From Phoronis australis (taxonomy: Eukaryota > Animalia > Phoronida): a DNA stretch of 64,000 nt. Of the stretch, positions 39,538-52,853 are shown in pieces (the first letter of the stretch is position 1; the number at the start of each line of letters is the position of its first letter). The stretch spans positions 606,297 through 670,296 of the forward strand of contig NMRA01000013.1 in NCBI GenBank assembly GCA_002633005.1, in the 5' to 3' direction. The notes below the pieces were generated by a model. The model saw only the letters and a program-made list of their open reading frames with translations, had not been told where the DNA came from and made no database searches. Both the position numbers and the translations under genes were made by a program.

Positions 39538-40761
39538 ATGGCACCCTTTGCATACCCTAACATAATTAGCAACTGTTCCAGCAACAACACAGATCCCGCC
39601 ATGATGCTCGAGCTTAGTGCAAAGCACACCACTGAGTACTCCTTTGAACAATCTGTCTTCGATGTCATGCATACAGTGGACACCCTGTGCCCAGACGTGA
39701 ATGACACCGCTGTGCCACATTACGCTGTATCTCTTAACATTACCACACTCGTTGCCTGTATCTGTGGCATCATAGGAAGTGGCTTTACGTTCATTGTTCT
39801 GAGTCAGAAAGTGATGCGAACGTCAACTAATGTTTACTTGCTAGCTTTGACATCCGCTGATGTGATTTTCCTTTTCATACTGACCATGCAACAGATTGGC
39901 ATGTTCTTCTCTACATTCGTCTCTAAGTACGAAATCTACCACACCTACTCGCTAATATTCCTCCACATCGCCTTGCTGGCCTCCATATGGATCACGGTGG
40001 CTTTAGCCGTTGAGCGCTACATAGCCATCTGCTACCCACTTCAAGCATCTAACATGTGCACGATATTCCGAGCGCGATGCGTGATCATTGGCGTGTTTGT
40101 TTTGGCCTTAGCCTTTCGAGCACCACAGTTCTGGGAATACAAAGTTATGGTAGAGTTTGATGAGTGTCAACAACAGAATATCACGACCATTGTACCAACC
40201 AAGCTGTCATTCAACATAAACTACTTGACAGCCTTCCTGTGGATAGTTGATGGAGTCACCACGGCGATAATTCCATTCCTGGCACTGTTTTTCCTCAACA
40301 TTCGTCTGATAATTGAGGTACGTCGCTCCAGCCGCTACTTGTCCTACAGTCTTTCCACTGGCTCGACTGCTCGCTACGTGATTTCACGCGAAGAGTTGCA
40401 GATAACCGTCATGCTAATTAGCATTGTGACCGTGTTCTTTGTCTGTGAATCGCCCCTCGTAATGTTCTCGGCCATAGCTGGCATATATCAACACTACGCC
40501 AACAAGCACTCGGGAGACATGTTCGAAGTGGTTGGAAAAGTGACACGCCTACTTGCCGTCATAAAGTGTACGCTAAACTTTGTACTGTACTGTTGGTTCA
40601 GCGAGAAATTCTGGCTGACGTTCAAGTCAATGTTTTGTGTCAAGTACTGTATCCGCACGTGCAGGTCCAAACGGTCCATAACATCAAGACAAGGCTCCTG
40701 GACTAACGGCACCGCGACATCCTATCTCAAGCGCTCCTCAAGAGAAACTTCGGCCATCTGA
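39538..40761 (+). CDS. class A (rhodopsin-like) GPCR, FMRFamide/sex-peptide-receptor-like orphan peptide receptor, intronless CDS
   Basis: 407-aa ORF with seven hydrophobic segments and N-terminal N-glycosylation sequons. Motifs: TM2 STNVYLLALTSAD, TM3 AVERYIAICYP, TM4 RAPQFWEY, TM5 IIPF...LN, TM6 FFVCESP, TM7 NFVLYC..SEKF. Ser/Thr-rich C-tail. Confidence 0.96.
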   Translation: MAPFAYPNIISNCSSNNTDPAMMLELSAKHTTEYSFEQSVFDVMHTVDTLCPDVNDTAVPHYAVSLNITTLVACICGIIGSGFTFIVLSQKVMRTSTNVYLLALTSADVIFLFILTMQQIGMFFSTFVSKYEIYHTYSLIFLHIALLASIWITVALAVERYIAICYPLQASNMCTIFRARCVIIGVFVLALAFRAPQFWEYKVMVEFDECQQQNITTIVPTKLSFNINYLTAFLWIVDGVTTAIIPFLALFFLNIRLIIEVRRSSRYLSYSLSTGSTARYVISREELQITVMLISIVTVFFVCESPLVMFSAIAGIYQHYANKHSGDMFEVVGKVTRLLAVIKCTLNFVLYCWFSEKFWLTFKSMFCVKYCIRTCRSKRSITSRQGSWTNGTATSYLKRSSRETSAI

Positions 40762-42544
40762 CTATATGGCCGGAGAGAAAACTTCTTTCTATGGTGTGTG
40801 AAAAAGCAAAGGACTAAACCCAAGAGACACACTGGCTCAGTGAGGGTGACAACAGTTTGAAACTGTAATACAGGAGAGTGATTATAAGGGAACCAGTCAC
40901 TGGATGCTATCACTTTCAAATGTGACAATGGAGTGATACCAAGGTGCCAAGGTAAACAGTGTGTGAAAAACTGAGAACTTGACTCAAATTTTGCTATAGG
41001 AGACGGAAGTTTGAAATCAGAAGTTATGCCAAATTAGAATATGTGGATTAAACTAGGATTACTGGGTAGAGTGAGTTAATTTCAAATGCGAGGTTGCACT
41101 GTTGACGAAAACAGAGGAAAGCTTGTTTTACTAGTTGGTTTGATATCAAACACGAGCCCCCTCAGGAGACCAACTTGTTGTCTTGTGCAGGCGCAGAGAA
41201 AAAACATCAACAAACATGGCAAGGTAATTGGATAGACCTCAACTTTACATTTGCTCGAGGTCATGTTGGATAATATCCAACAGGCTGAATATTGATGTCC
41301 GTCTTTCCATGGCTCCTAACTATCCTTTCATCAGTAGACAGGTTTCCAAAGGATGGATTTCATGGAGTATATTTTATTGGAAATCATATTGTGCTATGTG
41401 TTATTTAGATTATGTTGGATGAGAAAACTTAAGCACGAACTTACGGCAACGTGTAAATTTGACATGAAGATGTAAAGGAGGTGTGATAAGGCACTTTGCT
41501 TTTACACTAAGTGGATGTGTGATAAGGCACTTAGCCATTAAATAATGGCAAATAACCATGACAATCCAGAGTTAAAGAAGCTATTGCACATTTATTAGAC
41601 GAATGCTAATTTACAAATGACGAGAAACGCAGCAACACAGGATGCGTCACTACCATTTTTTCTGTTTTCTGAATTCTATTAATTTTTTTCAAAAATCTAA
41701 TTCTAGATTATACTTCATTTATGTGTACTTTTATTGCTAAACCCCGAGGCTCTTACGTAGGGAAATTAAAAATTCAGGGGGTGGTTGTTAAGTCGGCCTG
41801 ATGGACGTTAAAAAATCAAATTTTTGAGAATTTTGGGATTGGTGTTTTACCCAAATGGTTGATTTGCTACTGCAAATGACTTCATTACCTTTGCACACTC
41901 GCACCGTAACATTAGACTGCACATGAGCCAAAAAAACTCCTTCATTAAAGAGTGGGTATTTGCCGTCCAAATATGGCGAGGTGCAGCAGCTGAAAGTGAA
42001 TGTTTATTTCCCAAAGGTGAGTTGCGCCGTTCTAGGAGATAAAAGTCTCATGAGAGTGGCATTGACAGACAGTGGCACACGTACGAGAAGTCTCATCTGC
42101 ATAAAATGGGGCTGAGTGCTTGTGTTTGAAAGTGAATATTTACAAATTTCAGAGGTGCATGTTAAGCCAAACAATGGATGAGTAACATAAGAATCAAGGT
42201 TTTTATGTCACCTCTTAAATGTGCAATAGTCTCTTGCACTTGCAAATAAATGCCTGATGATTTGTTTCAAATAACAGTTACTAGGAAGGGGTGCCAAAAG
42301 AATGCTTGTAAATAATACTTCATATAAGTAAAAACTGTGTAATTTAGTATGTACTTGACAGTGGACAAATGCATCACAATTTAACCATTCGGTTATGGCA
42401 GACAAAATTTTATACTGTATATTCACCAAAAGTATAACTTTTAATGTAGTTTTACTTTGTCACCAGCATGGTTTGTATAGATCAGCTGTAACTAAACAAC
42501 ATTTGGTAAACTGTGAAGGCAAACAATAAGTATTTAAAAAATAT

Positions 42545-42726
42545 CAGTCTGGGCTGGGCTCTTCGGAATAGAGGGTAACGAAACAAATTATCATATCAGC
42601 CAGGGTTATAAATCCTTGGTTAAGCTGTGCTTACTTACTCAGGACAACTGAACCTCTATGTGACTCAAAGACTAGGGTTCACAATGAGCTAATTCACTGA
42701 CATTGCATGTCAATTTCAAAAGGCCT
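42545..42726 (-). repeat. dispersed repeat family A, copy 4 (inverted)
   Basis: gcatgtcaatttcaaaaggcct is the reverse complement of the family start. Confidence 0.75.
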
Positions 42727-43049
42727 ATTGTGAGTGAAGAATATCCATGATTTACACCCCTCTGCAAAACTCTATGAGACTATGCTTACTAATTACCCCA
42801 TCCGAGCCCAAAATGAGAATATTGGCAATTTCAGCCTATTATTTTGTCCTGCCTTGAAGAATTAGTTTTACTGTTACTTAATTATGTTTAATTATTCTGA
42901 GAATGTTGCTAAAACGAATTCGGCGTGGGGTCATTTCTTTAAAAGGAATGAACAATCAGTGTAAATGCTGGGGTCTGAAAAGTGACTTGCGACTGAATTT
43001 AGTCTTGTGCTCTACACAACTCAAGTCACTTTTTACAAAAGAGACCCAT

Positions 43050-43337
43050 AGGGCCTGTTACTTGAATAACTTACTGGCTTTTGTCTTTCGACTTTCAACT
43101 AAAAATTAGTCAACGGATAGCTTAGCCTGTTCACAAAAATCGGACTAAAGCTGAAAGTCAGATCAACTGTGTACAAGTTAAAACTCAAAAATACATAGTT
43201 TACTCGAAAAGACAGAAGATAAAATGTTTCGAGAAGTGTAAATTGACAAAAAATCAACTTTTGTTTATTCGTAGTCAGACTTCTGACTTTTGGCTAAAGT
43301 CAAAAGTCAAAAGTGAGCTCTTTAAGAAACAGGTCCT
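43050..43337. mobile_element. degenerate PIF/Harbinger-like MITE
   Basis: agggcctgtt ... aacaggtcct termini with imperfect longer arms (cttttgtctttcgacttt versus aaagtcaaaagtcaaaag). Confidence 0.5.
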
Positions 43338-46231
43338 TGGTCTTGGTTTTATGAATGGCTACGTTAAGTATGGAAACTATGGTAACATTAAAACTCAATG
43401 TAATGACAAGTATTCAGTTCTAACTGAAACGTAGAAACGAATACTATCCCATTGACTTTTAAATCAATTGTAAAGTTGTGGAAGTCTGTGTGGTTTAATG
43501 GATGAAAAGAATTACGGTGTTGTAACTTGTTACTATTTATAAATGTGTTAATTTGAATCAATGTTGTCTGGCTCTTCACAACGATTTAATTACGTCAGCT
43601 AGAAACCTGCATTCCAATATCAAAAAACATGCTTGTGATTAAGACCACTAATGACCATATAGTTGGTTTCATGTGACTTGAAAGAACTTTGTTCCAGAGA
43701 AGTGCAATATCATGCTCGGCACATTAATGACTCGCCACTGCAAGTGAACTTGTAGATGACTGGTCCGTAACACATTCGCAACCCTGAACTGCCAAATGGA
43801 ATCTGGGAAAATTTTAGTTCCCCCTTAAATCCGCCACTGTCAGCTGCCCCAATTTTGCAATGATTTTTGGTCCAAATTGAAGATGCATTCTGGACACGTT
43901 CCGAATTCCAGGACAGTTGTGGACAACGGCAATAATTAATGTAGGACATTGAGATTTGAATTTCAGTGCACAAGTGACAGCGTTGACACGAAATATTGCT
44001 AAGTTGCATTGTTGCTGCTACTGTGTTCTAAATAAATACGCTGTTAAATGGTTTGATGATCTGTTTCAGACTTCTGGGAGACTAACATGAAATGAGCTCC
44101 TCAACCAGGATGAAAATGTCAAGCAAAAACACTTAATAAATGGGCTAATCATTGTTTGTATGTCAAGTGATGTGAAGAAACTAGTCAAATTACAACATGA
44201 GGAACATGTAAGCTGCAGCTAAATGATTGTCTTTAAAGACTTTCTCAAATGGAATTTTTGTTAATATTTTAGATACAATAATTCTTCACTCATTTAGCAC
44301 ACAATATGACCAACGTGTGAAAATACATTTCGTCACAAAACTAAAGGTTACGAAAATTTTAGACTATTACCAATCATAGTTTGTACTGAGCAGATGTCAA
44401 AAAACAACATTTGGTAAAGTTTCCACTATTTGTAGCAATTCAGCCCATAAAGCGAATGGAAAATGACAAATTTTTTTAAATTAGTTTTGTGGGAAATAAA
44501 TATAGAATATTAATGAGCCACCCAAATAGTCTCAGCAATTCTAAGCAATAGAAGAAAACACATAATTTAATCACTCAATCGAAGGGGCAGAAAAGGATTA
44601 AAGGTAGATATCATCCAGTTTTGACACTATCTTGAGTTTGGGACATAGAAATTCAAGCAGATGTTTTTGACAAAGCGTTGCAAAGTACAGCGCTGCAACT
44701 GTAGCCAATATTGTACAACCGATAAATCCAAAATTGCGGACAAGGTTCTTGGCCAAAGTAACCAGTTTTTCACTCTGACTCCCAAACCAGAGAATTTTTA
44801 CCGTGGAGAGGTAGCTTTTTCTCGTCATATCACTGCAAGAATGAAAGGCTGAAAGATAGTTGTGAACAGGGATCTCTACAGAACACCACATAAGGATTCT
44901 CGTAGTGTTGTAGATGAATTTAAGTTAATAAGCCCAATTGTTCATTACCTTAAGCAATTTATGGCATGGTGAGGTCAACATATTGTAATCAATCTAATTC
45001 ACATGTGTTGCCATTCAAAGTAGGTTTTAAAGAATTATGGAAAAGAAAAACTATGTTCATCATCAACTCCATGTCAAAATACAGCTAAGAACCGCTGTTC
45101 GTTGACCTTACATATACCTCGAAATTTTACATCACCCAGGTAATTTTGCTTGTCTTTTTGTCATAAAACTTACGTCATCAAGTAGAGCTAACACCCGGCA
45201 AGGGAGCACAAAAAATCTAGGAGTCAAGTGACACTCATGTTAACCATTTATGTGAAAAAAAACAATCTAAGAAACATCATTTTTGCGCAGTTTTCCGGCA
45301 TTTGTCACAAAAAAGTCTGTTGTCGGCTTGAATACACTACACTTGTGACATGTGCACATGCCATTTGCTAATTTTTGCAACATCTTTCGGAAGAAAATTA
45401 CAGCTTTGCCGAAGTAAATTTGCTGGTATTAAAATACTAAAAACTTTTAACAACGAAGCAAACAATTCCAATAATTTGTTGCGACATGTACGCAACCATG
45501 TGCGAGAAAAATAGCTGATTGAAGAATCGCCACAAATGAAATTGGCCAATAGGTGTCACTCTATTTCATGGTGATGAAAACCGACGCATCTTTTTGCTCC
45601 ACAAATTTAGCAGCAGAATAAGGGTAGAAAGGCACTACCGGTCACTAATTTAGTTTACTCAAGGAAGAGTGTAGTTTTTAATGACTTCAGTTTTGAGTCA
45701 AAATTTCATTGGGCCAGTTTTTAACCTAGTGCATTGGTGCAAACCTATATAAATATACAGCTTTGAACCAAGGCTAGGAAGCTAAGTGCTTTCAAAAGCA
45801 AGACCTGGGTTGCACAGTCTGTCTGACCGCAGTCTTTATCTACCACTTGCTTCCGGATTAATGCCAGAAAAACTAAAAAAATCAAGGGGCTAAGACCAGA
45901 CCAGCATAAAAGCAATGCTTTTGAATACTTAATTGTGGGTGTCCACCCAAACTGACTATTTGGTTAACAACTAGGGAATGACCCATTTTGCAGGAAAGAG
46001 TTAGATAAAAAATGTGCTGCTTATAAGTCGCAGGCAAGTGAATTGCATGCATTTTGGCAACTGAAATCAGAAATCACAGATGTTTTTAGAAACTAAGCAT
46101 CTGATTGTAAATGAAGGGTGGTTGAATTACACCAAGTATGGGTCTGAAGTTGGGGGTAGGCGCTAAAGTGAACATGGGCACCAACTCGGACAAACACGTC
46201 ATACACATAGCAATGAAGGAAATGGACTCAC

Positions 46232-46343
46232 GTCTCGTGCAGTTCGGTCCATACATGCTGCTGTTCTTACAAAACTCGCACACTGTGCCAACGTAAGCTG
46301 GATGGCACACACAACGGCCATTCCGGGCTTTGCCGTCATAACA
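46232..46343 (-). CDS. internal exon of a stabilin-like EGF/laminin-EGF protein
   Basis: ttttcAG|...|GTgagt; 112 bp, phase 0 to 1. Encodes CYDGKARNGRCVCHPAYVGTVCEFCKNSSMYGPNCTR and joins in frame to the 48838-48924 exon. Confidence 0.88.
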
Positions 46344-48837
46344 CTGAAAATAGATGTAATGCATCTTATACGCTACATGAAATTACAAATTGAATGTTTT
46401 TTTAATACATTTCCAATAACTCAAGAAGTTGTACAACCTAAGTATTAATAAACAGACACACACCATGCACTCACCCAATGGTAAGTTTTTGACAACATGG
46501 GTAAAAGTTAACCACGTGTCCCTAAATCTATCAAGCTGTCTAATTCTTCCCAAAACTATATTTCTCTGTGCTATAGTACGGCTTTAAAGCAATTATAAAA
46601 AGATGGTAAAGTGGCCTCAACTGCTTGACGGTACATGTCATGATATTTTGCTAGAATCAAAATTAAATTTGTAATTCCAAAAAGAACACTTTGTCTAGTT
46701 TTCGTTACTGTTTTATCATTATCAATGAAGCAAAGTCTAGAAACATTTTCCCAGAAAGTTCTAGTAAATTGACGATATAGAAACAAATGTGTCAAAGTTC
46801 CTTTGGCTTGTTTACAAAATGCTGTATGTAAGTTGTTGTGGTTAAATCATTCAGCAACTAAACGATGAGAGAAGACATGCGCTCATGAAACAGAAAAGCC
46901 CGACACTACTCCACCATTCAAATTTCTCTGCATTCTTTGGGGGTATTGGGATCACTCAGGCAAATGCTCTATTGTGCAGTGGAGCACACAAGTCAAGTCA
47001 CCCTATATTGTCGCTCAATTAGTTTACATAGTAGAGGGTGGCACATGTGAAAAAGAAACAACAGTTGCAGTACTCGTTATTTTGGATCCCTTTACTTCTA
47101 TAATTGTAGTTAACCGATTTTTTACGCTAATGATAAAGTTCAATTTTGAATGGCGGATTTACTTTCTGCAGTCTATACGTAGCATCTAAAACGGTCGAGA
47201 AAGAAAGTTGCCATGAACAGGCAGCAGTTATCGCTGACGACCATCTGTTCCCTAAACCCCAAACAAAAGAAGTTGGTCATAAAAGTTCAGGCGCCCTGGT
47301 AAAGTGCCTATTGCAATGCCAACCAGTAAGAAGCATAGCTTCTGGTTGGGAAATCAGACGTAGTGCCTAATGCCACCAGTCAGGTATTTACACAATTTTA
47401 CAGCAACACTTCGCATAATTCAACAACTTGCATGTCTTCCATAAGTCCCAGCCATGAAATGAATCCTGCGTTGGGACCTTTACGGATCGAGATTAGGCAA
47501 CTCGAATGTTTGTGTACCTCAGTATTTGCCTCTTTAGACTAGACACCATGCTGTTGTGGTTAATTAAACTGCCTCAGGCTGCTGATGTTATCCTTCTCTA
47601 GATAATGAGACCACCAGAAACACAATAGGGCCACAATAGTATTTTTAAACTTTTATTTTGAAAGTTTGTGAATAGAATATTTGAATAGTTTGTGAAAAGC
47701 AGTCACGTCTCTAGGTTTTTAAATTTTTGAAAAATGGACAAGAGTGACTTTCACAACCTAAAATTACATCTGTTTAATGTTGTAATGATATAATTCTCAT
47801 TGATACTGCTGAGTGTGCAACATAATTGGGCCAATTACCAAAAAAACCAGGCAGCAATTGGATCTTGAGGTAAGCCAAGTGTCATCACACAATTCTTGGC
47901 ATGGCTGTAGGAAATCCAAATTTGTACAACTCCTGTATTTCGATTTGCTGCAACGGACACTCAGCACGTCAACGGGAACATATGGTAATTATTCCGTCAT
48001 TTCCCAGGAAAATTATTATTGTCAAAATAGTCATTTTTCTATTTTTCAAAAGCTGATTACCTTGCACACTTTGCCAAACATTGCTTCATGATACCACCAC
48101 AACACAAATCAAACCAATAATACAATGATCAGTTTTGTCAATCTTCCTTTTTGTTGACCACCATATTGTACGCTAAATACTAAACGAATTACCATACGAG
48201 GGCATTCAATTCAAACATGTCCTGCAGTAGTTGACAGCTCAAGTAGGACGGAAGGTGGATATTTCACGCCACGGTGTATTTGATTACATTTTTGAGGAGA
48301 GGAGCAGCTATACAATTAGGAAAATCACCCATTTACAGAATGGACTCAAAGAAAGTGACTCATTCGTGGGGAGCTTCAAGGGAAAAATCACTTAGTAAGA
48401 GAAACAACGCCCTCTTTGTAGTAGTCAATTCTTTGAACCTTTCCACAGGGGAACTGGTCGTGAAAAAGTCCCCCTTCTGAGTGGCATGTCCTGTATTCCT
48501 ATTTTATGTCAGCTGATACTCTGTCATATGAAGTGGGTATTTCGGCTCTGTGCTCTCAGTGATATTGTCTTGTGTAGCTACACCGTGTAAATGGTAAATG
48601 GGGGGATTGGTTGGTCAGTGAAGTGGTAATGGGTCAGGTAGGGAGTTTCATCATCTGGTATTGGCTTAATTTTTGGGTAGCCAAATACCCAGTTGGGCAT
48701 GCTTCGCATGTGTTTGGATTTAAAATGTGCAACAGTACTTGATAACCAACATGTGGAGAAGTCTCAGATCATAAAGACTGGTAGCCAATTAATCATAATC
48801 AAGTTAATATTACATTTGACCAGCTGTCTGAACACAC

Positions 48838-48924
48838 CTGCCCTCGGCCACTGCAGGGCTCCTTAAATCCGCCGGGACAAGGTAAACATTGGGAACCATA
48901 GAAACCAGGGCAGCATTCGTTATC
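48838..48924 (-). CDS. internal exon of a stabilin-like protein (not in the ORF track)
   Basis: atttcAG|...CAG|GTgtgt; 87 bp, phase 0 to 0. Encodes DNECCPGFYGSQCLPCPGGFKEPCSGRGQ, matching the stabilin CCPGxxGxxCxxCPGGxxxPCxGxGxC pattern. Confidence 0.88.
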
Positions 48925-50877
48925 CTGAAATAATGAAAGGAAAAATCTACCATTACTCTACCTTTGCACAAGATTTTCTATAAGGTAACACATAGAGAAA
49001 ACACGAGACTGAACATCTCTGACAGTGACATTGGGAGTGCATCATCTTTAATAGGCAAAACAAAATTTTTGATTTAGGTTAGTCAATAAATAAGGTTCCG
49101 CAATCAAATTAGAGAAGACATCTAGGGTTGAGAACAGCTGACTGTTCATTGTTGCTTGAAACAAAGCGCAAGAACTTTTTGCTTCTCGCAGCTGGTTACT
49201 TTTGAGCAGTCAAAGCCGTACAGCTGTCAAAACGATTCCAGTTTTCGTAGCAAATAATCGCAATTCAAACATCATGACACTGCTTTAAAGAGCAAATGTC
49301 CGTGAGGATTTCATTTTGACACCAGAATAAGCTTCACAGCAGATTTAAAGTGGGTAAAACCACCAATTCCACATAAAAACACCAAAAACCAACCCAACCA
49401 TTTAATTACAGATCTTGAGTTACGAGCATATTGGTTGATACATTCCACGCAGAGTTGGGACAACTTATCACACTACAAGTCATTCTTCGTTATGTTTAAC
49501 TTGAAAAATCGTCAGTTATAGCAGCTCATTTTCCGGTAGTTTATGGCCTAATGAAGATTGGCGTTTGTTGTCGTTATGACAACTCAGTATCTTGAGCATG
49601 CTGTGGCACGTTTTGCCTTCTCACAAGACATTGTAGAAGGGCAGATATGACGCAAATTTGTACAAGAAGCTCAAACATTGGTGGACATGACACGCTGGTG
49701 CTAGGTGACTTCATATGTCACACTCATGTCTGTGGAGCTAAGAAGCTTTCAGTTAGTGTACAGTTTTTCTAGTTTTCTCGTCTTTGGGACATTGAATTTA
49801 CGATTGTGATACGCAGTGCTAAAAAGGAAGCAGGTTTAATGATGATGACAATATAGTCACTTGTTAAAGCAAGACTAATGGTGGTTTTTCCATTGTCACT
49901 AACTCTGTATCATCAGACAACTCCATAGCCTTAAGAAGCCACGGGGTAATACCACAATTTTCCTTAGGCCTTTTCTACACTTTTACTTTCATCAGGATCG
50001 TTGACCATGCTTTGTAGGAAACGATTTTTTGAATATCTTTTGTTACGTCGTCTATACCAAAAGCCAGTGACCGATCGTGTTCCTGCCTTTGGTAGCACTG
50101 CTGTCTTCGGTTACAAATTACTGCACCACATGCATGTGCTTTAGTTTGATTATCGGCTTACCACAATGGACCTTAGACACACAGACTGGCAGCCAAATTC
50201 GTTTCTCTCGTGGAACATATGAAACGGCAAATGGAATCTCCTACTACGGAGTGACCGATAGCCCCAGAAAGGGAAGCGACGGAAGAAACAAGGTGCATTA
50301 TCCTGAAAACAGACGAAAAACAAAAACAATTATCCTCAAGTTATCCTCCAGATGGAACAAATTAAATTCGGTCGAGGATGAGAATCGAATGGGTTCTATT
50401 ACAAGTAGCCTTGGTAAATTGTACATTATATACACAAAAATGTAGTGAAATCCAGCTCATGCCATCAAAAATCAGCAGAATTTGGATCAAAGAATTTCAG
50501 CTAATTTTCAATTCATTTCAGATTGCAACTTTTTGTCTGTTTTTCGACATAATTTTGACAAAATTTGCCAACTGATTATTTTGTAAATGCCTATTCACCT
50601 GTGCCGTTAATGTTTCTACCAACGCATTGGATGAAATGAATGTTATCAGGTCTCACGTTATTACCATAAAAATTCGGAGCTTAAATTGGCTATCTTGCAT
50701 CGGGAAGTATTTAACCGAGAGATGGGCGATTGGAAATTTCAAAAAAATTGAGGATGGGCCCACACCCAAACATGGGTGCTCAACCTCAGTTAATCAGTCG
50801 CCTTGGCCACGAATGACCTTCGGAATTGAAGTCCACAGATCCGACTTATTTAATTCAAAGAATTTGCCGAAAACATA

Positions 50878-52853
50878 ACATATTCGCCCTAATAAGCGCC
50901 CATGCCCCTATAAGCGTCCCCCATGCATATTCAGACATCGCTGAAATAAGCACACAGCCCACGAACGTGTACATGTGAAAAATGTCTTACCTACAGTCCT
51001 AAAATTTTACAGTAGCGTCTTCAATTTATCAACAAGATCCGCCAGTCCTCAAAAATTACTGTGCACAGAATTCTTAGACCATTACTAACAGCGTTTTCCC
51101 ATTCCTCCCAACTTGTTCGATTCTATAGCCCAACAACAAGTTGGGAAGTTTACCCCTGTAGCCAATATCTTACATGACTGATTAACGCCGTTCTGGCATT
51201 TATGGTTGGAGGGTCAGCTATCTTTTGTTCGATAAAAGCTTTAATCTCCAATAAGATTGTATCTACCCTGACTGGGCTGTGCTGTTAAAAATAAAAGTTT
51301 ACTCGGTAGTTATAACATATCTGAACATAAACCAATAGCATTTCTGAAATCTTCGTCAAATGGTGATCATGTTTATAGTGTTTGAATCGCCAAAATCGCC
51401 CAACTGCAACCGAAGTTAGGACAATCTATTCTTTCCAAATACACCAATTCACTCTGAATTTGACTGTGTTCACATGTGGTCTATCATAAGCTTGGTAGAT
51501 AATTGGCCTGCTACAATGTTGTGGTAACAGACAAAACAGTGCCCTTGGCAGTTAACAAAGAAGCTAGATGTTATCACATGCTCAGAACCCCCTAGGTCTG
51601 GTTAAGTTACTGAACGAGAGAACACTATGCCACCAGCCTCCCACTATGTTGGTATTTAGTCGTGACTATACACTTCAAACTACCGCTATGCTTCAAAAAG
51701 AACACAAAAGTTTTGCTGATCAAACGAGGAACATGTCCCACTACGGTCTGGCCTTTCAGTACAGACACAGCATACTTGTCAACAGGATTGACTCTTTCAC
51801 AGACAGTTTCTTCTCCCTCAACAGGATTCCAAATTTCTTTGTACACAGTCATGAAAACCTCGAATTGAAGACTTTCAGGTACCCAAAGTGTGCCATTCAG
51901 CTGACGACTGTCTTACAAATAAAAAAAACTTGTTAAAAGCACGTGGCCAGGAAGCGTGTGCTACATACCTGCCACCTGTCATCGCAGACATTAGTCTTCA
52001 GGAACTATTGCAAGAAATAAATATTGCGTTATTTTTAAGTGGAATTGTGTAATTAATCACTTTATCGAATTTATTAATAATTAGTGTTTTTAAAGTCAAA
52101 TATCTGATGAAATGTCCCACTGATAGTGAACAACTTCACACCCTTACACCCAAATCTCCCGAAAAATAACTGTCAGACTGTCACGCATGACCCAGCGAAG
52201 AAAATTAGTAACGGTATATATCGGCCTTACCGAGCAATTCTTTCATGTTTTAATCTGATATGGTAGATTGATACATAGCGTTTACTCCGGCAAATGAACA
52301 CGGATGACACATACTCACTCACTCACTCACTCACACCCAGACTTTGAAAACAAATGTCACGTGACAACAACATGTTTCTTCATTCAGGGATTTTTGTTGT
52401 ATTGCAGGGTACGATCTTGCGCTGATTTGGTTTTAACCTGCTGTTATTCTTAATTCCACAGGAAATCAAAAATCTTAGGGACGATATTAGTGAGGCTTTC
52501 AAGTAATTTGTTGAGTCGAGACTGCATTTTAATTCAAGTTGCCGTATCTACAATGGGGCAGCAGTGACACATCGGCAGCCAATTTTCACCCTGGGATTTC
52601 AACATGATTTTCTGTAAAATGGCCGTAATTTAACAACGAAGAGACAGCATTGCGCCAGTTTTGTAGAAAGCTTAGAGCCCATGGTAGTCACAGGTTACAG
52701 ATATGTCACAGCGCGTAAAATTGACGAATCTTAGTTTTCGATTTCACCTGTTTTGGAGATCAGGTTTCAACCGCCTTAGGTTACAATAAAAGGTCCCCCC
52801 CCGAGATGAATTTTTCCAAGCGCTCAAGCGCTTATTAGGGTGAATGAATACGA
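50878..52853. mobile_element. ~2-kb Tc1/mariner-pogo-like non-autonomous DNA transposon
   Basis: Left acatattcgccctaataagcgc and right gcgcttattagggtgaat(gaat)acga form an imperfect inverted pair with TA on both sides. A repeated taagcg motif lies near the left end. A second partial copy lies at 32480-32992. Confidence 0.7.
51640..51873 (-). pseudogene. frameshifted HIRAN-like domain carried inside the pogo-like element
   Basis: SSIRGFH/(4-nt insertion)/VYKEIWNPVEGEETVCERVNPVDKYAVSVLKGQTVVGHVPRLISKTFVFFLKHSGSLKCIVT. NPxDxxAV and VGHVP are HIRAN signatures. Confidence 0.7.

Noticed and set aside
40564-40566. TM7 lysine as an opsin retinal-binding site
   Set aside because: It is at 7.45, two residues from the opsin 7.43 lysine, and the rest of the protein resembles peptide receptors.
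42030-42098. Candidate next stabilin exon after a tttatgcAG acceptor (- strand)
   Set aside because: The phase-1 reading (HETSRTCATVCQCHSHETFIS) stops early and lacks EGF cysteine spacing.
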